The position numbers and the translations under genes were made by a program. A stretch of 64,000 nucleotides of DNA from Bacteroidota bacterium (GTDB lineage: Bacteria > Bacteroidota > Bacteroidia > UKL13-3), in contig JAIYAT010000010.1 in assembly GCA_027488905.1 (NCBI GenBank), positions 21,061-85,060 on the forward strand. Reading direction: 5' to 3'. Positions 1-10,219 of the stretch are shown here, one piece after another. Numbering within the stretch: the stretch's first letter is position 1; each line of letters starts with the position of its first letter. The notes beneath the pieces were generated by a model, which had not been told where the DNA came from, did no database searches, and worked only from the letters and a program-made list of their open reading frames with translations.

Positions 1-178
1 AAAGCCTCCATCATCCTTACGAACTATGTACCAACTGCCTGTAGATTTTACTACCTGTCCATGAATCATGTTGCAATATATTAAAACTACTTTCACAAAA
101 ATTATATATTTTGCAACGGTTTGCATGCTATTCAAGCAATGGGTAATATTATTTTTTGAATATTCTAGTTTTTTCATA

Positions 179-604
179 ATGATGAAGGCATATACAAAAA
201 TGGTTGGCGATTTATTTCATTATGGACATGTAAATTTGTTTAAGCAAGTTAAAAGCTTTGCAGATTACTTAGTGGTTCAAGTAGTTGAAGATGCTAGGGT
301 ACAAGCCTATAAAAGAAAACCTATCCTAACACAACAAGAAAGAATTCTGGTTATTGAAGCTTGCAAGTTTGTAGATGAAGTTACTGCTTTTGGGCCCAAG
401 GAAATTTCTTTAGCATTTATGAAGGCGAATGGATTTGATTATTATGCCTACTCCTTTAGTTCAGAAAAGGAGCGAATAGTTAAACGAGCCGACTGTATAG
501 GTTTGCCTGAAAAGATGATTTTGGAACTGCCTTATACTTTTGGGATTTCAACCACTGAAATCATACAAAGGGTGTTGGATTATCATCGTGAAAAATTATC
601 CTAA
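179..604 (+). CDS. Cytidylyltransferase-like nucleotidyltransferase (HxGH family; TagD/ECT-like). ORF track starts at 68; first ATG with a plausible N-terminus is at 179
   Basis: HxGH motif (DLFHYGHVNLF) near N-terminus and overall similarity to glycerol-3-phosphate/phosphoalcohol cytidylyltransferases; size ~140 aa. Confidence 0.6.
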   Translation: MMKAYTKMVGDLFHYGHVNLFKQVKSFADYLVVQVVEDARVQAYKRKPILTQQERILVIEACKFVDEVTAFGPKEISLAFMKANGFDYYAYSFSSEKERIVKRADCIGLPEKMILELPYTFGISTTEIIQRVLDYHREKLS

Positions 605-623
605 CTTAAAGGCAAATCTTTAA

Positions 624-1286
624 ATGACTGAGATAAACTTTAAAGCAATTCTAAATAATTACAGAAAGCTACTTAATTGTTCTGATATAAAACAGTTTTT
701 GGGTAACAAAGGTGAGTTATGTTTAGCTACTGAAAAAATTCCAACTCAAGTTATTGAACAATTATATCATGAAGGCCATTTGTTTTTTGCAGAGAAATTT
801 GGGAATGAGTTACATGATAAGCGTCTTAATTTAGAACATTTGTCTGCTATACGTTTTAATTATTTTGGGGCTATTCAGACCAATAAGCTTAAAAAAGTCT
901 TGAATACCTGTGAGGTAATAGAAAGCATTTCAAATGAGCGTCATGCGAATAAGATAGCGGAGTTATTGGTTGGTTTGAACCAATACCCTCGTTGTTATGT
1001 GCAAGTGAATACAGGTAGAGAGCCTCAAAAGAATGGTGTTTTGCCAGAAAATGCGATGGCTTTAATCCAGTATTGTAAAGATTTGAAATTGCCTTTAGAC
1101 GGTTTGATGTGCATTCCACCGCGCGCAAAAGAGGCTAAAGAAGATTATCACTTCCTTCGAAAATTAGCTGACGATTATCGTTTGGAGCATTGTCAAATGG
1201 GTTTTTCCCATGATTATCAAATAGCAATTAATGCAGGCGCAACAGCCATTCGTATTGGTAGTTTAGTTTTTGGGAAACGGGCATGA
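624..1286 (+). CDS. yggS: YggS-family pyridoxal-phosphate homeostasis protein (alanine racemase N-terminal fold)
   Basis: C-terminal GMSHDYQIAINAGATAIRIGSLVFGKR and LMCIPP motifs typical of YggS/PROSC; ~220 aa. Confidence 0.75.
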   Translation: MTEINFKAILNNYRKLLNCSDIKQFLGNKGELCLATEKIPTQVIEQLYHEGHLFFAEKFGNELHDKRLNLEHLSAIRFNYFGAIQTNKLKKVLNTCEVIESISNERHANKIAELLVGLNQYPRCYVQVNTGREPQKNGVLPENAMALIQYCKDLKLPLDGLMCIPPRAKEAKEDYHFLRKLADDYRLEHCQMGFSHDYQIAINAGATAIRIGSLVFGKRA

Positions 1287-2236
1287 ATTATTTAAAAATA
1301 GCATATGGAATTCTCTTGAATGGTTTATCTTTTTTGCTTTCCATTTTTTTGTTATTTCGTTTCCCTATAAAATGGTTTGTATACATCTTGCCTAGTGCTA
1401 AAGAACCATCACTTGCAGCAAGGTTTCGATTTGCCTTGTTTATAAAAACTTGTGCGGCCTTTTCAAAACTTAATCAGAATTCTATATTAATAGAACTTTT
1501 ACTAGTTGCCATTAATGATTTTCCGCGTTGGCGCACTATTCATAAGTTTGGTGCAACCCAAAATAAAAAGCCAAAGTTTTTGCTTGACCCAAGCCTAAAG
1601 CTAAAGGTATTTAACGAGGCCTATACCATTTTTGAAGAGATTGGTTCAAGGCCATTTATTTGCTTTGGTTTACTTTTGGGCCATGTGCGCGAAAATGGCT
1701 TTATGAAACATGACCTAGACCTTGATTTTGGGTTTTTTTATGAAGCTGGTTTGGTCGAGAAATGCAAAGTGGCTATGGATAAGGCCAATTATAAAATTGA
1801 GATTTTTGAACCCTCACCTTGGCCTTGTAGAATTGTTGCTCTGCATAAACCAAGTGGAATCAGGTTAGACTTAGTGTTTTTTAAGCAAGAGCAGGATGTG
1901 TTTTTAACTTATACAAGGTATAAAAATCATTTGTTGATTAGGAAAAGAAAACCTTTTGAATTAGTAGAAACCAATTTCGCCAATAGATCAGTTTTAATGC
2001 CTAATTCTCCTGAACTTTTTTTGGTAGAAAACTACGGCAATTGGAAAGAAAAATCAGAGTACCACCATTGGATAGTTACTTCTCCATTAACAGATTTTTC
2101 TGAGCCTATTTTACAACCTTTATTGTTGAGCGCTATTTTTAATAACCTTTATTATCATCAATTTAAAAGCGCTAGGCAGCTTATAGATAGATGGAATAGC
2201 GCTAGGCCAAACGATAAGTTGGATTTTAGTGTTTAA
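1283..2236 (+). CDS. LicD-family phosphotransferase with N-terminal membrane segment
   Basis: LicD nucleotidyltransferase-fold motif FICFGLLLGHVRENGFMKHDLDLDFGF (GxLLGxxRxxGfipWDdDiD pattern); hydrophobic N-terminus; start overlaps yggS stop (ATGA). Confidence 0.55.
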   Translation: MNYLKIAYGILLNGLSFLLSIFLLFRFPIKWFVYILPSAKEPSLAARFRFALFIKTCAAFSKLNQNSILIELLLVAINDFPRWRTIHKFGATQNKKPKFLLDPSLKLKVFNEAYTIFEEIGSRPFICFGLLLGHVRENGFMKHDLDLDFGFFYEAGLVEKCKVAMDKANYKIEIFEPSPWPCRIVALHKPSGIRLDLVFFKQEQDVFLTYTRYKNHLLIRKRKPFELVETNFANRSVLMPNSPELFLVENYGNWKEKSEYHHWIVTSPLTDFSEPILQPLLLSAIFNNLYYHQFKSARQLIDRWNSARPNDKLDFSV

Positions 2237-2243
2237 TTTGTAA

Positions 2244-3938
2244 ATGGAATTTCGTGCCCAACTTAAAGAGGTAGCCAATGATTTTACTTTTTTCTTTAGC
2301 CGATTAGGCAAGAGTTACCTTTTACTTTTTATGTTCACGTTAATGAGTGGCCTAGCAGATGGCTTAGGAATCGCAGTACTCATACCACTCTTTAAATTTA
2401 TCTTAGAGGGCAATGGCTTTTTGCAAATTTACCCTACTACTTGGTCATGGTTGCCAGCCCAGCTTGCAAGTAAGTTTTCGGTTGAGGGTATCTCACTAAG
2501 AATGGATACTTTGTTAGGATTGGTTTTTGCATTGTTTGCCATAAAGGGCTTGTTCAATTTTAAGGGAACAAAGTATTTGCTAAACATACGGCATCGCTTT
2601 ATGAGTGGTTTGCGTGGCGAATTAATCAAGCATGTTTGCAGATTACCTTATGCAAGTTTTGTGGGTATGCAAGCCGGTAAAATAGAAAGTTTAATGAACA
2701 TGGAAGCCTCCAGAGCCACCATGGCTTTTAGAACGTTTAATGAAGCACTAAATTATTTTGTATTAGCTATTTTATATATCGTCTTAGCCACTTTTTCAGA
2801 TTATAGAATTTCAATTTTCTTGGTTGTTTCAGGTTTGTTGACTGTATTGGTGTATCGGCATTTGTTTAGGTTAACAAAGCGGTTTTCTTTAGACATTTCA
2901 ACATCCAATCATGGTTTGGCCTTTAAGCTAAATGCTTTGTTGCAACACTTTAAATACCTTAAGGCCAGTGGCCGCTTGTTTCAGTTCGAAAGGGAAGTGC
3001 TAAAGGCAGGCTCGCTTATAGAAAAAAAAGAACAATTATTGGGCAAGTATGCGGCTATTTCTGGTGCTATAAAAGAGCCACTAATTATATTAATTGTTTC
3101 TGCCTTGTTGCTTACAAACTTTCACTATTTTAAAGGAAATGGAAGTTTTGCCTTTTTTAGTTTACTTATGTTTCATAGGGCTTTTACTCATTTGTTGCAG
3201 TTTCAATCGCAATGGAACATTTACTTAAATTTTGCAGGTTCAATTCATCAAATAAGAATGTTTAATGAGGCAGCAAAGGAAGAGGTGTTTCCAGAAACTT
3301 CTAAGCAGTTTCGGTTTGAGAATCGACTTGAAATTAATAATCTTAGTTTAAAATTAAAGCAACATGAGGTATTCAATGCCTTTCAGTTAAGGATTGAAAA
3401 AGGAAGCTTTGTGCTTATCAAAGGTGCTAGTGGCAAAGGCAAAACTACCTTGTTAAATTTACTGGCGCGTTTATATTCACCTGATTCAGGAACCATCATG
3501 CTTGATGGCATCAACATCACTTCATTTGACATCGATAGTTATCGCCAAAAGGTAGCTTATATTACACAAGAAAATGTGGTTTTTGAAGATACCTTATTTA
3601 ACAATATTAGTTTTTGGGATGAGCCAAATCTAGAAAATATTCAACGCTATACACAAGCAATAGAGCAAGCCGGATTAACAGAATTAATGGCCTTGGGGGA
3701 AGTTAAATTTAAAAAGGAATCTGTGAGTGTTGGGCAGGCGCAGCGCATTGCCATTGCTAGAGAATTATATAAAGATGCCGAAATTCTTTTAATGGATGAA
3801 ATCACATCTTCACTTGATGATGCCAATGAGCAAATTATTTTAGAAACACTTGCGCAATTAAAAGGCGCTAAAACCATTATTATGGTGTCACACAAGGATA
3901 GTGTTTTGCCATTGGCAGATGTTGTTATTGAGATTTAG
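2244..3938 (+). CDS. ABC exporter, fused permease/ATP-binding protein (MsbA-like)
   Basis: Walker A GASGKGKTTLLN, ABC signature LSVGQAQRIAIAR, Walker B ILLMDEITSSLD; multiple N-terminal TM helices. Confidence 0.85.
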   Translation: MEFRAQLKEVANDFTFFFSRLGKSYLLLFMFTLMSGLADGLGIAVLIPLFKFILEGNGFLQIYPTTWSWLPAQLASKFSVEGISLRMDTLLGLVFALFAIKGLFNFKGTKYLLNIRHRFMSGLRGELIKHVCRLPYASFVGMQAGKIESLMNMEASRATMAFRTFNEALNYFVLAILYIVLATFSDYRISIFLVVSGLLTVLVYRHLFRLTKRFSLDISTSNHGLAFKLNALLQHFKYLKASGRLFQFEREVLKAGSLIEKKEQLLGKYAAISGAIKEPLIILIVSALLLTNFHYFKGNGSFAFFSLLMFHRAFTHLLQFQSQWNIYLNFAGSIHQIRMFNEAAKEEVFPETSKQFRFENRLEINNLSLKLKQHEVFNAFQLRIEKGSFVLIKGASGKGKTTLLNLLARLYSPDSGTIMLDGINITSFDIDSYRQKVAYITQENVVFEDTLFNNISFWDEPNLENIQRYTQAIEQAGLTELMALGEVKFKKESVSVGQAQRIAIARELYKDAEILLMDEITSSLDDANEQIILETLAQLKGAKTIIMVSHKDSVLPLADVVIEI

Positions 3939-3969
3939 GTTTGAACCAAAACAGTAGATTTGAAATAGT

Positions 3970-4350
3970 TTAAATTGCTAGTTCTATCCATTTTGGTATA
4001 AATATTATTAGACCTATTGCAACAGCAATAATTGCGCTTAGCAAAACTGCAGCGGCAGATAAATCTTTTACTTTTTTTATCTTATCGTTCCATTGTGGGG
4101 AAACAAAATCGCATAGATTTTCAATGGCCGAATTAAATATCTCTGCTGAAAATACTAAGCCAATCGAAAATAAAATTGCCATCCATTCATTTATGTTTAA
4201 GCCGAAATAAATAGAAAGCATCAATACTATAATCCCTATTGCTGCATGTATTCTGGCATTGTGTTCTTCTTTAAATAATATTTTGAACCCATTGAATGCA
4301 TAAGTAAAGCTCTTAAGTCTTTTGGCAATGGAAAAGTTTTGTGATTTCAT
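3970..4350 (-). CDS. dgkA: Diacylglycerol kinase (prokaryotic DgkA family)
   Basis: ~126 aa three-TM protein with DgkA-like N-terminus (FNGFKILFKEEHNARIHA) and SAEIFNSAIE motif. Confidence 0.65.
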   Translation of the reverse strand: MKSQNFSIAKRLKSFTYAFNGFKILFKEEHNARIHAAIGIIVLMLSIYFGLNINEWMAILFSIGLVFSAEIFNSAIENLCDFVSPQWNDKIKKVKDLSAAAVLLSAIIAVAIGLIIFIPKWIELAI

Positions 4351-4420
4351 ATTTTTCTATACTGGATTGAACCAAAATTTCTATTCTGCAATTCAATTCC
4401 AAAGATACTATCTTGCAAGT

Positions 4421-4786
4421 ATGAAAATTCGTATCAAAGGAAATTCAGTTCGTTACCGTTTAAGCAAGTCTGAAGTTGCTAACTTTGGCGAAGTTGGCGC
4501 GTTAACAGAAACTACAGAAACATTAGGTGAAACCTTCTGTTACCAATTGCTTCGTGCGCCAGTTGAAACTTTAACAGTGCATTTTCATCAAAATACCTTG
4601 ACGTTTTCCGTACCGCTAGCCATCGCTCAAACGTGGGTTCAAACCGAAGAAATAGGATATAGCCACAAATTGCAATTGCCCAATGGAACTGAGGTTTACT
4701 TGCTTTTAGAAAAAGACTTTGTTTGCATCGACAATACCTTTGAAGATCAAAGTGATAATTATCCAAATCCCAATGCTGCCTGTTAA
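4421..4786 (+). CDS. Hypothetical protein (start taken at MKIRIKG inside ORF 4322..4786)
   Basis: ORF only; no recognisable motif. Confidence 0.35.
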   Translation: MKIRIKGNSVRYRLSKSEVANFGEVGALTETTETLGETFCYQLLRAPVETLTVHFHQNTLTFSVPLAIAQTWVQTEEIGYSHKLQLPNGTEVYLLLEKDFVCIDNTFEDQSDNYPNPNAAC

Positions 4787-4796
4787 TCACTAATTC

Positions 4797-7103
4797 ATGA
4801 AAGAAAAGGACTCACCTAACATCCATGCAGAAAACCCTGAAGCGTTACTAAATCTTAAATTGGTAGCGCCTAAAACGGCTGCAGCGGGTTTGCCAGCAGT
4901 AGCCATTGCCATGAAGCATGTGCTAAGTGAAATGGGTCCAATACGTGGAACTAAAGCCTTGCTAAAGCTCAACCAGAAAGACGGTTTTGATTGCCCTGGA
5001 TGCGCATGGCCAGATCCTGATGATGAGCGTTCAGGAATTGCCGAGTATTGCGAGAATGGGGCTAAAGCCATCGCCGAGGAAGCCACTAGCAAGCGCCTCG
5101 ATGAACATTTCTTTGCCCAGAATTCTGTTTACGACCTTTCTTTGCTTAATGATTATGAAATTGGGAAGAAGGGTAGGGTTGCTCAACCGATGTATTTGGC
5201 CGAAAATGCTACCCATTATCAAGCGGTAACTTGGGATTTTGCTTACCAAAAAATGGCTGCGCATTTGCAAAATTTGCAAACCCCAGACGAAGCTGTTTTT
5301 TATACTTCTGGTCGTACCAGCAATGAAGCAGCCTTTTTATATCAATTATTTGTTAGGGCATTTGGTACCAACAACTTGCCTGATTGCTCAAACATGTGTC
5401 ATGAAAGCAGTGGGGTGGCACTTAATGAAAGTTTAGGCATTGGCAAAGGCTCGGTAACCTTAGAAGATTTTTATGAAGCAGAGGTAATAATCATTTTGGG
5501 GCAAAACCCTGGCACCAATCATCCACGCATGCTCACAGCATTACAAAAAGCAAGCGAAAATGGCTGCACCATTATTTCTGTTAATCCATTGCCCGAAACA
5601 GGTTTGATAGCCTTTTCAAATCCGCAAACCATTAAAGGCGCATTGGGAATCAAAGCCAAACTTACCAATATCTTTTTGCAGGTTAAAATTAACAGCGACT
5701 TAGCCTTGGTTCAAGCCATAGAGAAGAGATTGCTGCTAGAAGAGGCATTGGCACCTGGAGCGGTTCTAGATGCCCAGTTTATTGCCGAACAAACCAATGG
5801 ATTTTCAGATTTTGAAAAGCATATTTCTGCACAATCAATTGAAGCTCTTTTAACACAATGTGGCATAAGTGAGGCACAATTAGAGGAAGTTATCAATGCA
5901 ATAAAGTTTAAGAAAAAAATAATTGCTTGCTGGGCAATGGGTTTAACCCAACATAAAAATGCAGTAGATACCATTAAAGAAGTGGTAAACTTATTGCTCA
6001 TGAAAGGCAGCATTGGCAAGCCAGGCGCAGGTACTTGCCCTGTGCGCGGACACAGCAATGTGCAAGGCGATAGAACCATGGGCATTTACGAAAAGCCTTC
6101 TGAAGCATTTTTACAGCGAATAGATAATCATTATCATTTTGCCACACCCAAACACCATGGTTATGATGTGGTAGACGCCATTCATGCTATGTACCAAAAG
6201 AAGGCAAAAGTATTTATAGCCATGGGCGGTAATTTTTTAAGCGCAACGCCAGACACTACTTATACTGCCGAAGCCCTACAAAATTGTAGCCTAACTGTGC
6301 AGGTTTCTACAAAGTTAAATCGCAGCCACCTCATTACTGGAAAAGAAGCTTTGATTTTGCCTACTTATGGTCGCAGTGATAAAGACATTGTTGAAGGTGT
6401 GGAGCAGTTTATAAGCTGCGAAAACTCTATGGGTGTTGTGCAAATGAGCAAAGGAAATCTTAATCCAATTAGCAATAACTTGCGCAGTGAATCTGTCATC
6501 GTTTGTGAGCTTGCTCAGGCTGTTTTAGGAGATAAATTTGGTATTCCTTGGCATAGATATAGCCAGAATTATGATGAGATAAGAGCAGCCATTGAGGCTT
6601 GCATCCCAGGGTTTGATAATTACAATGAGCGTGTGAGAAAACCGGGCGGATTTTATTTGCCCAATAGTGCAAGAGAAAATAAATACCCAACCTTAACAGG
6701 CAAGGCAAATTTTAATATCGGTAGGGTTGAACCAAACAACTTAGCGCCTTATGAATTGATGATGATGACGATTAGGAGTCATGACCAATTTAATACCACT
6801 ATTTATGGATTAGATGACCGCTATCGCGGGGTTTTAAACGAACGCAGGGTTATCTTTATGAATGAAGAAGATATTAAGGTTAGAGGGCTTAGCAAAGGGG
6901 ATAAGGTAGACTTGTTTAATTATTATGATGGCATAGAGCGAGTGGGGCGCAACTTTATTGTGGTGCCATTTTCTATCCCAAAACAATGCACGGCAACCTA
7001 TTTCCCAGAGGCAAATGTATTAGTGCCCATAGGCAGTGTAGCGGCAAAAAGTAATACGCCCACTAGCAAATATGTGGTAATAGAAGTTAAGCCTGCAGTT
7101 TAA
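4797..7103 (+). CDS. FdhF/YdeP-family molybdopterin oxidoreductase
   Basis: 768 aa; N-terminal Cys cluster (CPGCAWPDP) and overall similarity to YdeP-type formate-dehydrogenase-like oxidoreductases. Confidence 0.85.
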   Translation: MKEKDSPNIHAENPEALLNLKLVAPKTAAAGLPAVAIAMKHVLSEMGPIRGTKALLKLNQKDGFDCPGCAWPDPDDERSGIAEYCENGAKAIAEEATSKRLDEHFFAQNSVYDLSLLNDYEIGKKGRVAQPMYLAENATHYQAVTWDFAYQKMAAHLQNLQTPDEAVFYTSGRTSNEAAFLYQLFVRAFGTNNLPDCSNMCHESSGVALNESLGIGKGSVTLEDFYEAEVIIILGQNPGTNHPRMLTALQKASENGCTIISVNPLPETGLIAFSNPQTIKGALGIKAKLTNIFLQVKINSDLALVQAIEKRLLLEEALAPGAVLDAQFIAEQTNGFSDFEKHISAQSIEALLTQCGISEAQLEEVINAIKFKKKIIACWAMGLTQHKNAVDTIKEVVNLLLMKGSIGKPGAGTCPVRGHSNVQGDRTMGIYEKPSEAFLQRIDNHYHFATPKHHGYDVVDAIHAMYQKKAKVFIAMGGNFLSATPDTTYTAEALQNCSLTVQVSTKLNRSHLITGKEALILPTYGRSDKDIVEGVEQFISCENSMGVVQMSKGNLNPISNNLRSESVIVCELAQAVLGDKFGIPWHRYSQNYDEIRAAIEACIPGFDNYNERVRKPGGFYLPNSARENKYPTLTGKANFNIGRVEPNNLAPYELMMMTIRSHDQFNTTIYGLDDRYRGVLNERRVIFMNEEDIKVRGLSKGDKVDLFNYYDGIERVGRNFIVVPFSIPKQCTATYFPEANVLVPIGSVAAKSNTPTSKYVVIEVKPAV

Positions 7104-7998
7104 AACCTCTTAAAAATTCTTCAATACGCATTCTCTTTTTAGATTCTTGTTGCACTTCAAGTAGGCTAATCCAACCATTGCTGCAAGCTATATGCAGATA
7201 AGATTTCCCATCTGTATCAATGCTGCCAATTTTTTGTTGGTGTGTTTGAGCCGAAAAGTTTGCGCTAAATACTTTTACAGTTTTATCTTGAACATGAGTA
7301 AAGGCTGCAGGATAGGGGCTCATGCCTCTAATTAGGTTATATATGTTTTCACCTGTTTGCTCCCATTTAATTTCGCATTGTGATTTAAAGATTTTGGGTG
7401 CAATTTTAGTAGAATCATTTCCTTGAGGGGTGCCAATTGTTTTCCCTTCTTCAATTAGTTTTAAAGAAGCAACAATAGTTTTAGCGCCTAGTTCCATCAA
7501 AGTGTCATGCAATTCGCCTGCATTGGTAGTTGGTAGAATTGGCGTTTTCGCTTTAAGTAAAATATCTCCAGTATCAATTTCATGTTTCAAGAAAAAGGTA
7601 CAAACACCACTTTCTATTTCACCATTAATAATAGCCCAATTTATGGGCGCTGCTCCTCGGTAATCAGGCAACAAAGAGGCATGTAAATTAATGGTTCCCA
7701 ATTTTGGCATTTGCCAAACAATCTCGGGCAACATTCTAAAAGCAATAACCACTTGTAAATCTGCTTTGAGCGCCTGTAATTCTTCAATAAACGAAGGGTC
7801 TTTTAATCGAACAGGCTGTAAAACGGTTAAGCCTTTAGATACCGCAAATTGCTTTACGGGAGATTGTTGCAGTTGCATGCCTCTTCCAGCAGGTTTATCG
7901 GGTACAGTAACAACACCCACCACATTATAGCCCGCAGCCACAATAGCAGCCAAGCTTGCCACAGCAAAGTCTGGAGTTCCTAAAAAAACAATTCGCAT
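7087..7998 (-). CDS. fmt: Methionyl-tRNA formyltransferase
   Basis: MRIVFLGTPDFAV... N-terminal formyltransferase domain, 303 aa. Confidence 0.9.
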   Translation of the reverse strand: MRIVFLGTPDFAVASLAAIVAAGYNVVGVVTVPDKPAGRGMQLQQSPVKQFAVSKGLTVLQPVRLKDPSFIEELQALKADLQVVIAFRMLPEIVWQMPKLGTINLHASLLPDYRGAAPINWAIINGEIESGVCTFFLKHEIDTGDILLKAKTPILPTTNAGELHDTLMELGAKTIVASLKLIEEGKTIGTPQGNDSTKIAPKIFKSQCEIKWEQTGENIYNLIRGMSPYPAAFTHVQDKTVKVFSANFSAQTHQQKIGSIDTDGKSYLHIACSNGWISLLEVQQESKKRMRIEEFLRGFKLQA

Positions 7999-8000
7999 GT

Positions 8001-10148
8001 TTATACTCCCATTTCGCTTAATAGATAATCTGCTTTGGCTACTTTTTTAATTACCCAAAGCACATATCTAATATCCACTGCAACCGATCGACTATAAGCT
8101 TCGTTCCAAGCATAATCGTTGATGGTGGCAGTATAGGCACGGTCAAAATTCACACCCACTAAATTTCCATCTGCATCCATAACTGGCGAGCCGCTATTGC
8201 CACCTGTAGTATCTAAGTTATAAAGGAAGTTAATTGGCAAATCGTTTAGTTCTGGATGCATGTACGGACCTAAATCCTTTGCAGCATATAATTCTTTTAC
8301 AACTGCTAATAACTCATACTCTTTGCCATCTTCTTTTTCAATAACACCTCTCAAGGTAGTAAACGGAGCATTGTATTCGCCATCATTAGGGAAATAGCCT
8401 CTTATGTAGCCATAAGTAAATCGTAAGGTAGCATTGGCATCTGGAATAAACTGTTTTTGTTTAAAGGCGCTTTTTGCATCAGCATATCTGCCAAGCAATG
8501 CATTTAAAGTGCCTTCGCGGGCTTTGTCAACTGCATCTGCATCATTAATTTCTTTGTTAAGTGGATTGGCAAAGGCTTTAAGTGGGTCTTTTAATGCAAA
8601 AATATCTCCACTGCTATCTGCTAATGCCTTGAGCATATACTCTTTTTGATTAAGTTTTGTTTTGCTAAACCAACTTTCAATTTCTTTTTGACGAGCGGCT
8701 TCTGTTGGAAATTTCTTTGCAAATTGTTGAATGGCTCTTACTTCATTTTTGCCTTCTAAGGCTAAGGCATCATTCATAAGTTTAAGTAAAGCATCTTTTT
8801 CAAATGCTGGGTCCATGCTACTTGCAATTCTGATGTACAAAGATTTTAAATTAGGAATTTGTTTTTTTAGAAAGGCAGCCTTTTCTGTTTTGTTTAAGGT
8901 TTTATACTGTGCTTCGTAATTATCTATAGCTGCTGCCATTTGTAGGGTTGGCGACACATTGTAAATAAAATCAAAAAACAAGTTTCTTGGTGCTTCATTG
9001 ATAATGGGATCATACAGCTTATTGATATTTTCTACCACATCACCAAATTGTGCTTTTAGGGCTTTGTTAGACTGAATGTATGCATTCATTTCTGCCTCTT
9101 CATCCTTCTTCTTTTGGGTTAAACCAACCCTTCTAAAACCTTGCAATTTACCTTTATAGTTTTTTGTGGTATTAGCCAATTGCTTAATTTTACCAGCATA
9201 TCTAATTTGTAAGGATTCGTTGTTTTTACTTAATTCTTCCATTTTTGCAATTTGCCAGTCAAACAAATCGCTCACATATTTAAGCATACGAGTTTCGTGG
9301 TACTCGTAGAATGCTGCAGGTTGGTTGCGGAAAGTTCTACCCGGATAACCCAATACAAACACAAAATCATTTTCTTTTACGCCAGCCACGTTAATTTTTA
9401 AGAATTTCTTGGGCTTATAGGGAACATTGTTGGGGCTATATTCTGCAGGTGAGCCATCAGGTGCCACATATGCCCTAAGGAAGGCAAAATCGCCACTATG
9501 ACGCGGCCAAACCCAGTTGTCTTTTTCACCGCCATATTCGCCAATACTGCGAGCTGGCACATAAACCAAACGCACATCTTTTAGCAGTTGATACCTAAAC
9601 AAAACATAGGTTTTACCTGTAAACATTTCAGAAACTTCACATTGCAAACCAGGATTGGCTTTGTTTTCGCGCTCTGTAATTATTTTGATATTAGTGGCAA
9701 TGATGCGCAAGCGTTCGAGCGGTTCAGATGTACTTTGTGTGCCCATTAAAACATCACTGCTCACATCTTCGTAGCTAGCGGTAATCTTGCAAACGAGTCC
9801 TTTAGCCTGCGCTTCACCATTTTTATCTTTTGCTAAGAAGCCTTTCCCTATAAAATTATTGTTGGTGTCAGAAATGGCAGCTACAAAACCAAAGGCACAA
9901 TGGTGGTTAGTAACAATAAGTCCATCATTAGAAACAAAAGAACCAGTGCAACCGCCTACGCGCACAATGGCATCTATCTGGCTAATTCCACTTGGGTTAT
10001 ACAAGGCAATGGGGTCCATGCGCAAACCCGCTTTTTTTAAATCGAGGTTTCTTAATTCAGACAAAGGAAACATGCCTTCATCTGCTTTATGGTTTGTAAA
10101 AAATAACCAAGCCACGCAGGCTGCGAAAGTAAGTAGGAGTCGCTTCAT
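8001..10148 (-). CDS. S46-family dipeptidyl-peptidase (DPP7/DPP11-like), secreted
   Basis: 715 aa, signal peptide, catalytic GGNSGSPV serine motif near C-terminus, S46 architecture. Confidence 0.85.
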   Translation of the reverse strand: MKRLLLTFAACVAWLFFTNHKADEGMFPLSELRNLDLKKAGLRMDPIALYNPSGISQIDAIVRVGGCTGSFVSNDGLIVTNHHCAFGFVAAISDTNNNFIGKGFLAKDKNGEAQAKGLVCKITASYEDVSSDVLMGTQSTSEPLERLRIIATNIKIITERENKANPGLQCEVSEMFTGKTYVLFRYQLLKDVRLVYVPARSIGEYGGEKDNWVWPRHSGDFAFLRAYVAPDGSPAEYSPNNVPYKPKKFLKINVAGVKENDFVFVLGYPGRTFRNQPAAFYEYHETRMLKYVSDLFDWQIAKMEELSKNNESLQIRYAGKIKQLANTTKNYKGKLQGFRRVGLTQKKKDEEAEMNAYIQSNKALKAQFGDVVENINKLYDPIINEAPRNLFFDFIYNVSPTLQMAAAIDNYEAQYKTLNKTEKAAFLKKQIPNLKSLYIRIASSMDPAFEKDALLKLMNDALALEGKNEVRAIQQFAKKFPTEAARQKEIESWFSKTKLNQKEYMLKALADSSGDIFALKDPLKAFANPLNKEINDADAVDKAREGTLNALLGRYADAKSAFKQKQFIPDANATLRFTYGYIRGYFPNDGEYNAPFTTLRGVIEKEDGKEYELLAVVKELYAAKDLGPYMHPELNDLPINFLYNLDTTGGNSGSPVMDADGNLVGVNFDRAYTATINDYAWNEAYSRSVAVDIRYVLWVIKKVAKADYLLSEMGV

Positions 10149-10219
10149 GGAGGCGAAGATAACAAGAATTAGGTATTTTGAAATTGCTTCCTTTAAAGGG
10201 ATTCAATTTAGCAATTCGG

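Noticed and set aside
68-178. N-terminal 37 codons of ORF 68..604
   Set aside because: The conserved HxGH motif lies ~10 residues after the ATG at 179, as in other cytidylyltransferases. The upstream extension is hydrophobic and unconserved-looking, so the start was moved to 179 with moderate confidence.
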